Shown piece after piece: positions 12,322 through 23,469 of a DNA stretch of 64,000 bases. The stretch covers positions 100,502,001 to 100,566,000 of the forward strand of contig NC_042999.1 in the NCBI RefSeq assembly GCF_006345805.1. Direction: 5' to 3'. This stretch comes from Octopus sinensis. Lineage: Eukaryota. Within the stretch, counting starts at the first letter, position 1. Each line of letters opens with the position of its first letter. The notes below the pieces were generated by a model. The model worked only from the letters and a program-made list of their open reading frames with translations, had not been told where the DNA came from and searched no databases. The position numbers and the translations under genes were made by a program.

Positions 12322-13034
12322 TTACTGATCAAACTGCGTGTCCGCGTGCGCGCGCGCGTGTGTGTATTTGTGTGTGTGTATGTACTCTGTCTATCTTTCT
12401 TCCACTCCCTACTATTTTTTGTTCCTTCTCTCCTCACTCCCTTTGTTTCTTTCCCTCATCCTCTCTCTTGTCCTCCTTCTCCTCTGCTCACACGTGACTA
12501 CGGGCCATTTTCTTGCCCCTTTCATTTCTGAACTTGACGTCCATCTGGCTGGACGTCATTTCGCTCGCCCCCTGACATTTTTCTCTTCTACTATTTTCTT
12601 CTATTTATTGTGTATCCTTTCAAAATTTCTCCTAGGCGTTACCCATTACAATGCGTCTAAGCCTAACGACCTTTAATGTTTGTCATCGTCGATTGTTTAC
12701 TTTGTACGTCCACTTTGTTGTTGTTTGTTCATTCGAAGCTCTAACTCTCCACAAATTTTATATTTTTAAAATTTCTAAATGCTGCTGTCTTGTGAAGTTT
12801 TCCTATCTTGTCGTTGAAAGCACGAAATGTAATAAACAGTCGACAACTGAGGAGGGTTTAGACTTTCTTTAGTATTTTGTCCCGTAATTGTCTCTCGCTA
12901 TGTGCTTATGTATTTTTCACTCGCTGGTGATGTGCTGTTCTTATTGTGTATGTTTTGATATTTTGCACTATACTTATTTCTCGTGCGCTTACGTATTTTT
13001 CTCTCGTTGGTTATGTCCTGTACTTAATGTGTAT

Positions 13035-13038
13035 TATA

Positions 13039-13069
<31 letters not shown>

Positions 13070-13310
13070 AATATATATGTGTGTGTGTATTATATATACG
13101 TATGTATGTATGTATGTATGTATGTATGTATGTATGTATGTATGTATGTATGTATGTATGTATGTATGTATGTATGTATGTGTGTATTATATATATATAT
13201 ATAAATATATATGTGTGTGTGTATTATATATACGTATGTATGTATGTATGTATATATGTATCTGTATATGTATATATCTGAATATATCAGTGTGTGTGTG
13301 CGTGTGTATA
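13035..13310. repeat. Compound (TA)/(TG)/(TATG) microsatellite with block duplication
   Basis: The block (ta)n-aatatatatgtgtgtgtgtattatatatacg-(tatg)n occurs twice in tandem. Confidence 0.95.
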
Positions 13311-13805
13311 GAATGTTTAAAATAAAACGATGGAAAATGAAAATCAACGGAAAAGTATAAATTAAAAATAAACAAGAGTAGACATAAAGATAGACAGGTG
13401 AGGGAAAGGATACAAAAAGCAGGATGTGCACGAAAGGGTGTTTAAGGGGGAAGGGGATAGAGAGGGTATATTGTAATGGTCATTATTTTAATTCAGTTCT
13501 TAAAGATAACACCTGGAGTTGGGAAAGTATGTGTGGCTTATGACCCTACGTTAAATTGGTAACACCTAGTAGATAAAGGAAAATGTAAGTAACATAGGAT
13601 TTAAAGGTCACAATATATAACCTCAGTTATAGGTAGGATCAACAAATTACTTCATCCGGTGAGAAATAAATATCATTCAATATATACAATTTACAAAAGA
13701 GTTACAAATAGTTTCGTGTTTTAGAGATACAATAATTTGGTAGATTTATATAACATATATATGTATCGTTCTATATTTAAGAGATGAGGAGTTATGTATA
13801 TGATT

Positions 13806-14012
13806 TACATTATTTACATTCGACAGGTATTTGTCCTCATCTTGTTTGTTGTCAACACAACATTTCGCCTGATATACCCTCCAGCCTTCTTCAGGTGTGT
13901 TGGGGAAATTTCGAACCTGGGTTCTTATTCCTAAGGTATTATGCCCGGGCATATGGTGTAGTGGTTAAGAGCGTGGGCTACTAACCCAAAGATTCCAAGA
14001 AGTGACCAGAAC

Positions 14013-14082
<70 letters not shown>

Positions 14083-14200
14083 TCGAAAAATACCTTAGGA
14101 ATGAGAACCCAAGTTCGAAATTTCCCCAACACACCAGCCGAAACATTGTGTTAACAACAAACAAGATGAGGACAAATATCCGTCGAATGTAAATAATGTA
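13806..14200 (+). mobile_element. tRNA-headed element with (AAT)n linker and Penelope-like tail (13948-14200), preceded by an inverted copy of the tail (13806-13940)
   Basis: Head gggcatatggtgtagtggttaagagcgtgggctactaaccc (A-box; the B-box region appears deleted); (AAT)n 14013-14080; arms 13806-13940 and 14089-14200 are reverse complements apart from a 23-nt deletion in the right arm. Confidence 0.75.
13855..13898 (-). ncRNA. Degenerate minimal type-I hammerhead ribozyme motif
   Basis: Minus strand: acac CTGAAGA a ggctg gagggtatat caggc GAAA tgtt gtgt; core CUGANGA and GAAA present, stem I acac/gtgt, stem II with one mismatch, C15.2 changed to T. Confidence 0.6.
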
Positions 14201-14410
14201 TATATATATATATGTATCTCCAAGCAACCTTTCAAGGCTCAGTACATAGCGTTAAATGCATTTAAAAACCAAGATGCTGGTCTATAAGAAAGCATGAGAG
14301 AAAAACAGGAAGAAAAAAGTGAAGAAGGTAAAGGCAAAAAGTGGAACGAGAAGGAAAAAAAAATGAAAGGAATTAACCCAAGATCTTCTTCCCCTTTGTC
14401 TGCAGAAACC

Positions 14411-14585
14411 ATAATTACCTCCGCCAAGGAAGGAGGTTATGTTTTCATTGGCGTTGGTTTGTCCCTCTATCCGTCTGTGTGCAAAATAACTCAAAAAGTT
14501 ATGAAAGGTATTTGATGAAACTTGCAGAAAAAGTTGGTAATGACACAAGGAACAGATGATGAAATTTTGGTAGGGATCTGGGAAT
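14411..14585 (+). mobile_element. Helentron/DINE-1-like (HINE) 5' fragment
   Basis: ttacctccgccaaggaaggaggttatgttttc hairpin, then a gtcc/gtct-like microsatellite and caaaataactcaaaaagttatgaa; resembles HINE-type repeats from memory, not verified by search. Confidence 0.5.
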
Positions 14586-15334
14586 TTTTATGGTCTCCGT
14601 GTTGAGTATGAGGCTGTGTGGGAAAATGAATGGAGGCATAAACACCATGATGCTGACTGGATGTTTGATTTGATTTTTATCACTCTCGGTACATGTTTTG
14701 GGGATGTGGCAAGCCAACAGTTGTTCTGTGTGTTCACCATCTGATCCTGGCAGAAATTTTCCTCGTCTGAGATAAACCAAATCATGTTTGGTTGGAGGGG
14801 ATGCTTGAGTTTGTTCAAAAATTTCGTAGCGCAGTCTTTCCTCTTGTCCTTGATGACTTGGGATAAAAGTTGGCCCTTTTTCATCTTGTATGAGGAATAC
14901 CGAATGTCTTCATGCACTACCTCCCTGATCAGAAACTCAGACATTCCCATGTCCCTGGCGATGGATCTCACTGACTTGGAAGGATCGTAGTCAATTATGG
15001 CCTGGATCTCACAAATAAACTCATGAGTTCTTTTCTTATCAGAACGATCAGAGTGGGTTTTCCAAGCTGCTATACATTTGTAATCACCCTTAGACTCACC
15101 CAACTCTTTCCAAATCCTCTGCACTGTCCTCAGATTGACACCCAAACACTCTGAAATGTACAGCATATCGTTTCCAAATTTCTGGCAAAGGGAATTGCAT
15201 CATAGTGCTGTTTTTCTCACAGACGGTGCCCAGCTGACCCTACTATACTGTGTAGTCAGCAAAATCAAAAACAAACTATGCACATGCACAAAATTAAAAA
15301 TATAAAATGGTGACAATTTACCCATCGCTCCCTG
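14586..15334 (-). mobile_element. 3'-truncated Tc1/mariner-superfamily element, maT/DD37D-like
   Basis: ORF 15166-14588: DPSKSVRSIARD...DIRYSSYKMKKGQLL...WFISDEENF...NTQNNCWLA; terminal TA|CAGGGAGCGATGGGTAAATTGTCACC at 15334. Confidence 0.8.
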
Positions 15335-15336
15335 TA

Positions 15337-15385
<49 letters not shown>

Positions 15386-15389
<4 letters not shown>

Positions 15390-17143
15390 GGTGGTCAATG
15401 AGGAAACTAGGGATAGATGAATGGCTGGTGAGGGCTGTGCAAGCCATGTACAGGGATGCCGTAAGTAAGGTTAGGGTTGGCAACATGTACACAGAAGAAT
15501 TCAAAGTAGAGGTTGGGGTCCACCAGGGTTCAGTACTCAGCCCCCTCCTATTTATCATAGTCCTCCAGGCAATTACGGAGGAATTCAAGACAGGTTGCCC
15601 CTGGGAGCTCCAATATGCTGACGACCTTGCTCTAATTGCTGAGTCACTATCAGAACTGGAGGAGAAGTTCCAGGTGTGGAAGGAGGGTCTAGAATCGAGG
15701 GGCCTTAGAGTCAACCTAGCTAAAACCAAAGTACTAATAAGTAGGAAGGTAGACAATCCACAAATGTCTTCAGGAAGATGGCCCTGCTTGATCTGTAGAA
15801 AAAGTGTAGGTAGAAACTCTATAAGATGTACCCAGTGTAAGCTATGGACACATAAGAGGTGCAGCAATGTCAAAGGAAGGCTAACTGGGAAGATAGTTTT
15901 TGTATGTGGCAGATGCTCGGGAGCATTAACCTCTGAAAATCTGCAGAAAACAACTTCTGTCACTTTCCAGGGGGAACAACTAGAAGTAGTTGATAGCTTC
16001 CGTTATCTGGGTGACCAAGTCAGTAGTGGGGGTGGGTGTGCTGAAAGTGTAACAGCTAGAGTAAGAATAGCCTGGGCAAAGTTTAGGGAGCTCTTACCTC
16101 TGCTGGTGACTAAAGGCCTCTCGCTCAGAGTAAAAGGCAGACTGTATGATGCATGTGTACGAACAGCCATGCTACATGGCAGTGAAACATGGGCCGTGAC
16201 TGCTGAGGAAATGCGTAAGCTCGTGAGAAATGAAGCCAGTATGCTCCGATGGATGTGTAATGTCAGTGTGCATGCTCAACAGAGCGTTAGTACCCTGAGA
16301 GAAATGTTGGACCTAAGGAGCATCAGTTGTGGTGTGCAAGAGAGACGATTGCGCTGGTATGGTCATGTGGCGAGAATGGATGAAGATAGGTGTGTGAAAA
16401 AGTGCCAATCCCTAGCAGTGGAGGGAACCCGTGGAAAAGGTAGACCCAGGAAAACTTGGGACGAGGTGGTGAAGCACGACCTTCGAACTTTAGGTCTCAC
16501 TGAGGAAATGACCAGCGACCGAGACCTTTGGAAATATGCTGTGCGTGAAAAGACCCGGCAGGACAAGTGAGTCCAGCCCACTTATGCATGCCTTTCCTCC
16601 CTTGGACACACAAAGACCTGTTGAGGCAAGCGAAGTCAATATCGAACCTCATCTGACGACAGGCACCTATGCTTGCGAAGACCTGTTGGGGCAAGTGAAA
16701 TCGAAATCGAAATTGTACCAATCCTATGACTGGCACCCAGCAGATGCTGGACTGGAGATACGTAAAAAGTACTATCCGAATCTTGGCTGATGCCAGTGCT
16801 GCCTCGACTGGCTTCCGTGTCGGTGGCACGTAAAAAGCATCATCTGAATCGTGGCCGAAGTCAGTACCGCCTCGACTGGCTTCCGTGCCGGTGGCACGTA
16901 AAATGCACCAATCCGACCGTGGCCGATGCCAGCCCCGCCTGGCACCAGTGCAGGTGGCACGTAAAAAGCACCCACTTCACTCACAGAGTGGTTGGCGTTA
17001 GGAAGGGCATCCAGCTGTAGAAACATTGCCAGATAAGACCGGAACCTGGTGCAGCCTTCTGGCTTCCCAGATCCCCGGTCGAACCGTCCAACCCATGCTA
17101 GCATGGAGAACGGACGTTAAACGATGATGATGATGATGATGAT
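15386..17143 (+). mobile_element. Young 5'-truncated RTE LINE: open RT frame 15386-16570, repetitive 3' UTR, (GAT)n tail
   Basis: 395 codons without an internal stop: GVHQGSVLSPLLF, QYADDLAL, GLRVNLAKTK, C4HC3 finger, DSFRYLG, YGHV, RGRPRKTW-like C-terminus; tail ...ggacgttaaacgatgatgatgatg; TA tracts on both flanks. Confidence 0.95.
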
Positions 17144-17297
17144 ATATATATATAAAATATAAATTAGAGACAAAACCACTATTATGCAACTCAAACAGTG
17201 ATAGACATAAACCAAAACATAAATAACAAATAATATACATTTTTGTAAAACATATAACTTATAACTAGATCTCAAAAAGTATAAAAATGAATGATCA

Positions 17298-17332
<35 letters not shown>

Positions 17333-17412
17333 AATATAATATAATAAGTAAAAAAAACTATGTACGTTTCATGGCTACAATTAAATTCGAATTACAATTA
17401 GTTTTAAATTCA

Positions 17413-17452
<40 letters not shown>

Positions 17453-18792
17453 GTATACACACAATATTTCTTTATTCAGTATGTTGAAATTGTGTGACAT
17501 TGTTCAAATTCCTTCGAAAGCTTTTCTGCCTTTAAGATGGAATGTACAAAAGGAATTTTTTTGTTTGTTCCCCCCACCCCCACTCCACTTTACACTTTTC
17601 GAAAGCTATGTAAAGAGAAGTTGCAGGGTGGGCGGGGCGAAACAATGTCATGGAAATACATTCAGAATGAGAAATAAGAGACAGCTTGACAGCAGACAAA
17701 GAATATTTAATGGGAAGTCTTTAATTACTTTTGTTAAATTGCTCGAAGAATTCTCAAGTGTAATTGGATCTCTGGCAACAATTGCTCATAAGGATGACTC
17801 ACTTAATAAGTGCATCTTAAAACCTGGCAGAGCATGCCAAAATTAGTGAAACTGATATCCATTCTATTTGATAAAATTGTCATCTTATATTCTGCTGGTG
17901 ATACAAAATTTTGACTATTGCACAGTATTACTATTATTCTTTGATTATTTTTATTTCTTGTATTTAAAAAATTGTATTTTCAATTTGTATTCGCTATCTT
18001 TTTGTTTTTTGTTTTCACTAATTTTTATTTCCATGTATAAATTGCTTAAATTTTTTTCCTTAAAAATTTGATTTTCAATATCTGTTTAATCCTTTTTTCA
18101 TCATTTAATATTTTTTATGGCCGATTTTTTTTTAGACTATTTCTTAGAATTATTTAATATAGAATTAAATTGTTTGACAAAGAGACATTGTATTGATAAA
18201 AACTCTTTGTTCATGCATACGCATCTGTGTGTGTGCATGTGCATGAATATATATGTGCTCACATGATCATGGTTGAAACGCCTTTGATCATAGTTTATTT
18301 ACTCATATCTAATCTGGAGCTAAATGATTGTTACAACACATCCTTATGGTTTTTCTCCTTCCTAAACTATTCATAGGAGACTAGTCAGTGTCTAAACTCT
18401 TTGGTCTAAATATATTCTGATTATTCACACTAAAAACACCTTCTGAAATGTTGAACTCATGTGTTTTGTTTCTTTATTAAAGAATAAAAAAAAATCAGCC
18501 CAGAAACTTTTTCTCTTAAGTATGGATTTTCTTTCTGTGCTATGTAAGAGATTTTGAAACAATGCAAGATAACTTTACACAGACTGTATGCTTTAGCTGT
18601 GTGTGTCTGTGTGCGTGTATGTGTGTGTGTAAGTAAACAGAGCGGTTATAGTAACTGACTAAGGGATAAAAATATCCGTATATACTATTGGTATCCATTA
18701 CCTGTATTATCCCTGGGCATTGGTATGCAGGTACACCATACACGTAGAGTGCAGATAACAACAGGATAAACAAGAGTTTATCAGGAACCAAT

Positions 18793-19517
18793 GCAAATAA
18801 TTAGAAAATGGAGAAAAACCACAGATTAACCAACATATCGATTGGACCACATTTATTGCTTATTTTTTAATACAAAGCATGACATAACAAAATAGGAAAC
18901 ATAACAAATCTTATGGCCATTACTGATCAGATTGCCAAAATGCAGTCTATAAATAAATGTGAGAATAAAGTTCTTCATCTTCATAGGGCATTTGAATTAA
19001 GGCAACGGATTTTCATCAGAGTGAAAAACAAGAGCATACAACATAAACAAAAGGAAAAGGAAAAGGAAAGAAAATATGGCTTAGACAAATAGTCTAGAAG
19101 CCCAAAATGTTAAGATCAAATAATTTACCATCAGGGCTACAGGGTCAGTAGGTAAAAAAGTGAGCTATTAATGGTCTAGGGAATACTACAATTTATTAAC
19201 AGGTAGGTGCAAATAGAAGCAGGGTGGTCAGGCTGTTTAAAAATGGAAGTTATCAAGAAACTATATATAAGGAAAATACTAACATGATTGTCAAAGGGCA
19301 GTACCCCAATGCTAATAAATTGTACCCATTAATAAATTGTAGCCCTATAAATATGAAGAACTTTAGTCTCGCATTTATTTATAGACTGCATTTTGGCAAT
19401 CCAATCAGTAACAGCCATAAGATTTATGTCATGCTTCATATTAAAAGATAAGCCATAAATGTGGTCCATTTGATGTGTTGTTTAATCTGTGGTTTCCTCC
19501 ATTTTCTAATTATCTGC
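18793..19517. repeat. Long inverted repeat / foldback element (arms about 200 and 180 bp, spacer about 340 bp)
   Basis: The reverse complement of 18793-18995 aligns with 19335-19517 (shared gaagaacttta...atttatttatagactgcattttggcaatc...aaatgtggtcca...ttaatctgtggttt.ctccattttctaattat). Confidence 0.9.
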
Positions 19518-19713
19518 TTTATATATATATGTATATAGCAAATATATATGTTTTATTTATTATTTTGCACATTACTTAATCATTGTTATATGTTTTATTT
19601 TATATTTAATCTTTCTATAATATGTAAATTTTCTAAATGGTATAATTTAATTTTTCATTATTGAATTGATAAAAGATGTTTTTTTCTAATTTATATATAT
19701 ATATATACATATA

Positions 19714-19745
<32 letters not shown>

Positions 19746-19831
19746 GTATTGTGAAATTTGATTTAGTATTTCTAAATTGAATTTTTCCCAGTAAGTTTGG
19801 AATAATATTCCCTCATAATATTATTATTATT

Positions 19832-20385
19832 GAGTGAGAGAGCAGTGCATGCCATCAAAGTGACACTGGGGTAAAATATACAAAGCCCAATATACCCATC
19901 ATGACTACCTGTCTGATAAGGGTACACCAGGCACATGCATCACAACCATATGTGCGCGACATGCTGATCTCATATCAAGATAAACAGCACATGACCTTGC
20001 AGGTGGGGCCCAGTTAGAATTTTCTTCAGGTTGAGTAGCCCATCCCGCTCAAAAGGTCCCTGAATAAGGGTTGTTTAAGGATGTTGAAAGAACCACCCAT
20101 GTTTCCAGAGGTGAATTATTCAAACCCCAAAGAATCCCTCTCAACACATGGCTATGATGCTCCCCCACTACTTCTGCTCATGATCAGAGATGCACATATC
20201 GTCAGCCACTAAGGGACATGCTCAACTGGTTAAGGTCAAACAACTGACAAGCAAATCTGTGGTATTGAGCAGAATATTTGCTGTAGCCCATCTTTTATAC
20301 CAAGACAAAACAATGTACATGATAACACTTTCAATCAGTTAAGATCAGAAGCCATGAGAGCTACTGCCTGGTACTGCATCAGGGC

Positions 20386-20386
<1 letters not shown>
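19832..20386. mobile_element. About 555-bp interspersed repeat flanked by (TAT)n on both sides
   Basis: Compositionally distinct block (more GC-rich than the flanks) bounded by TAT runs at 19819-19831 and 20387-20440; recalled as a common octopus repeat, class uncertain. Confidence 0.45.
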
Positions 20387-20444
<58 letters not shown>

Positions 20445-20723
20445 ATCACATATATGTATATACATGTATATGCAAATATGTATGTATAGATTGTTTGAAG
20501 TAATATACAGATTTTATATATTAAGAAAAAAGAGGTAGTCAGAATTTTGGATAACTTTTATTAGTGCGTCCTGAAAGAAATAGAAAGAAAAGAAAAGAAA
20601 AGAAAGGAGAAAGAAAGTCAGAGAAGAAAGGGCTTTTTCCAGTTGCATAAAGTATCAATGGGGTCAGCCAGCTGAAGCTGAATTACAATTCAAGATGTCG
20701 ATTTTGATTTGGTCATTGTTTTT

Positions 20724-21290
<567 letters not shown>

Positions 21291-21340
21291 ACCACACGTA
21301 GACTGTAGGCGATTTTTCCTTCTTTCTATTTAGACTTTCC

Positions 21341-21376
21341 TGTTTCCGACGAAGAGCTATGCTCGAAATGTTAACA
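21341..21376 (+). ncRNA. Second, unrelated degenerate minimal hammerhead-like motif
   Basis: tgttt cCGACGA a gagc tat gctc GAAA tgtt aac: stem II gagc/gctc intact; U4 changed to C and C15.2 changed to T relative to the consensus core. Confidence 0.45.
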
Positions 21377-21502
21377 ACTTTCTTTTTTCACCGAGCATCA
21401 AATTAATATATTGCTTGTGCCCGTCCTAACGTTCGTTTTTTTTTCTTTTTTTCTTTTTTCTCTGCTTTTTTGGTTTTTGAATTGACTACACACGCGCGCG
21501 TA

Positions 21503-21541
<39 letters not shown>

Positions 21542-21728
21542 ATCTAATATTTAAATGTATTTATAATTGTGTTTACATCTGTGGGTGACTGCGCACGCAT
21601 ATGAGTGCGTATGTTTCTAGTAACCAATGAGCTATTTTATAGCGGGGACTTATTGATTTACAACACCGTCCTACATTGTACTGAGATAATCCTAATTCAG
21701 TTGTCAGTTGATCAGTCTTTGTTACATC

Positions 21729-21999
21729 ATGGCATCGGAGAAGTGCTCGTTCGGTATTGGCCTGGGACTTTTAATTCTATCATTCACACTTTATATTATC
21801 GGATTTTCTACCTCTTATTGGTTAGAGACATTTGAGGAAGTTAAGGTTGGTTTAGAACGATTGGGACTGTGGGAGATTTGTTTCACTCGAGATGGAATGT
21901 CGTTGAATTCTGGTGACCAGGCTAGGGGAATAACTTACAAAAATTGTTATTGGGTCTTTCATGAAAACATAAGACTGGCTTCGGACACATTTGCCATAC
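21729..21999 (+). CDS. Claudin/PMP22-superfamily four-TM protein, coding exon 1
   Basis: MASEKCSFGIGLGLLILSFTLYIIGFSTSYW...GLWEIC...CYWVF: TM1 plus the W-GLW-C-C ECL1 signature; donor ATAC|gtaagt at 22000, phase 1. Confidence 0.92.
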
Positions 22000-23469
22000 G
22001 TAAGTATATATAGATATAAATATACACATTGTACCACTTCTACGATTCACTGATTGATTTATTCATTAATTTTTGTCATATTTTCGACAATGAGTTAAGT
22101 TTCTTAATTAATGTACCATCATTTTGTTTTAATTACTTTTTTTTTATCACAAAAAATTATTTTCTCTGCGTAGTTTTGAAAAAGCCATATATTGTGTATT
22201 TTGATGTCACTATTTATTAAGAAGTTTTTTGATTTGGATTCAAATTAATTTTGTTTATCATATTTATGTATATTAAGCTTTCAAATGTGACATCAGCGAG
22301 CGAGAATACTGTACATTGTTACCTTTTGTATGCCAATCCTCCATGACATACTTAATGTAGGTATGCTATAATGACAAATAATTACAGGTAAATACATATG
22401 AAGGTACTATACAAATGTTTGGTTTTGATGTACTCGATCGAGCACGTATAATATTCTTGATTTCTGTCTTCTCAATTGTAAGTTCCAAAACTTTACAGAA
22501 AAATGTACAGGTAATATAAAGAAGTTGGGGCTGTGAAAGTTTCGCTATTCTTGTTGTGTGTGTTTGTTTATGTAAAATCTAACTAACGCATTATTAGTAC
22601 TTTGTTGTAGCTACTGGTAATTGTATGAATGTTACAATTTCCCATTTATCTCCAATATTCAAGCTAAAAGGATAATTATTTAGTTTATTATTGTCAAAAT
22701 CTAGCAAGTGAAATATTTAACATAGGTATTTTAGCTCCTAACTTTTTTTCTAGTTTCATTCCCTCCTTTTTAAATGGTCTCCGGCAGAATTGAAAAATAA
22801 GAGGCCTCCTGTAAAATCGTCAAATTTTCGTGATAATTTATAAAACCTAAAGCATTGATAATATGTGGATATAATTCTAAAATTCCGGGATATCTTCAAT
22901 AAAAAATGGTCAAAAAACACTGAATTAAGTTTCTTTAATTTTTATTGTTTGGCTGTAAATCATTGGTCCCGCATCGCAGGTGGTTCACCCCACCCTTCAA
23001 TTTTTTAAATAAAATTGGAGAATTTGCTGCTATTTCTAACAGTTCGAACTGCTACACAGAGGCTCCCGATGAGTAATCAAACTACACTCGGGACTAACGC
23101 CAACACCTGAATAGGTGTAACTTACTAAAATGAATACGGGCAAACACGGAAATTCCGTTCCAGTATAGCTATTTTCATTATTATCGATAATTAGTGAGAT
23201 AAAAATAAATAATTGTGATGTAATGTTATAAGTGACGGTGTGTTTGTGTGTGTGTGTGTATTATTTCCGAAATCCAGCTCCTAAAGCTTTTGAAACTTAC
23301 TTCCTGATGAAGCGTTTACAAACACGCCACAAAACTTTTGATAGTTAGTTACCTTTCACAAATGGTTTGCAATTATATTTTTGTATTACCTAATAACTAA
23401 ATCCTTTACCTATAGTTTCTTCAATAATAATTAATGTGAATAATGATATGCGTCGGAAAAAAATGTGCA

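Noticed and set aside
12500-13030. CpG-rich block with AATAAA and ctgaggaggg, suggestive of an LTR or Penelope terminal repeat
   Set aside because: No termini, TSD, second copy or complete ribozyme core could be identified.
13472-13731. Possible second solo LTR (TGTAAT...GATACA, shares ccggtgagaaataa with the 11.1-kb element)
   Set aside because: No convincing TSD, ambiguous right end, and only a short motif is shared.
15265-15963. 232-aa minus-strand ORF
   Set aside because: Antisense shadow of the RTE reverse-transcriptase frame.
18540-18791. Minus-strand 83-aa ORF that looks like a secreted peptide (KLLFILLLSALYVYG...)
   Set aside because: It starts at TTG with no in-frame ATG seen, abuts the foldback arm, and runs into a (CA)n tract; no supported splice partner.
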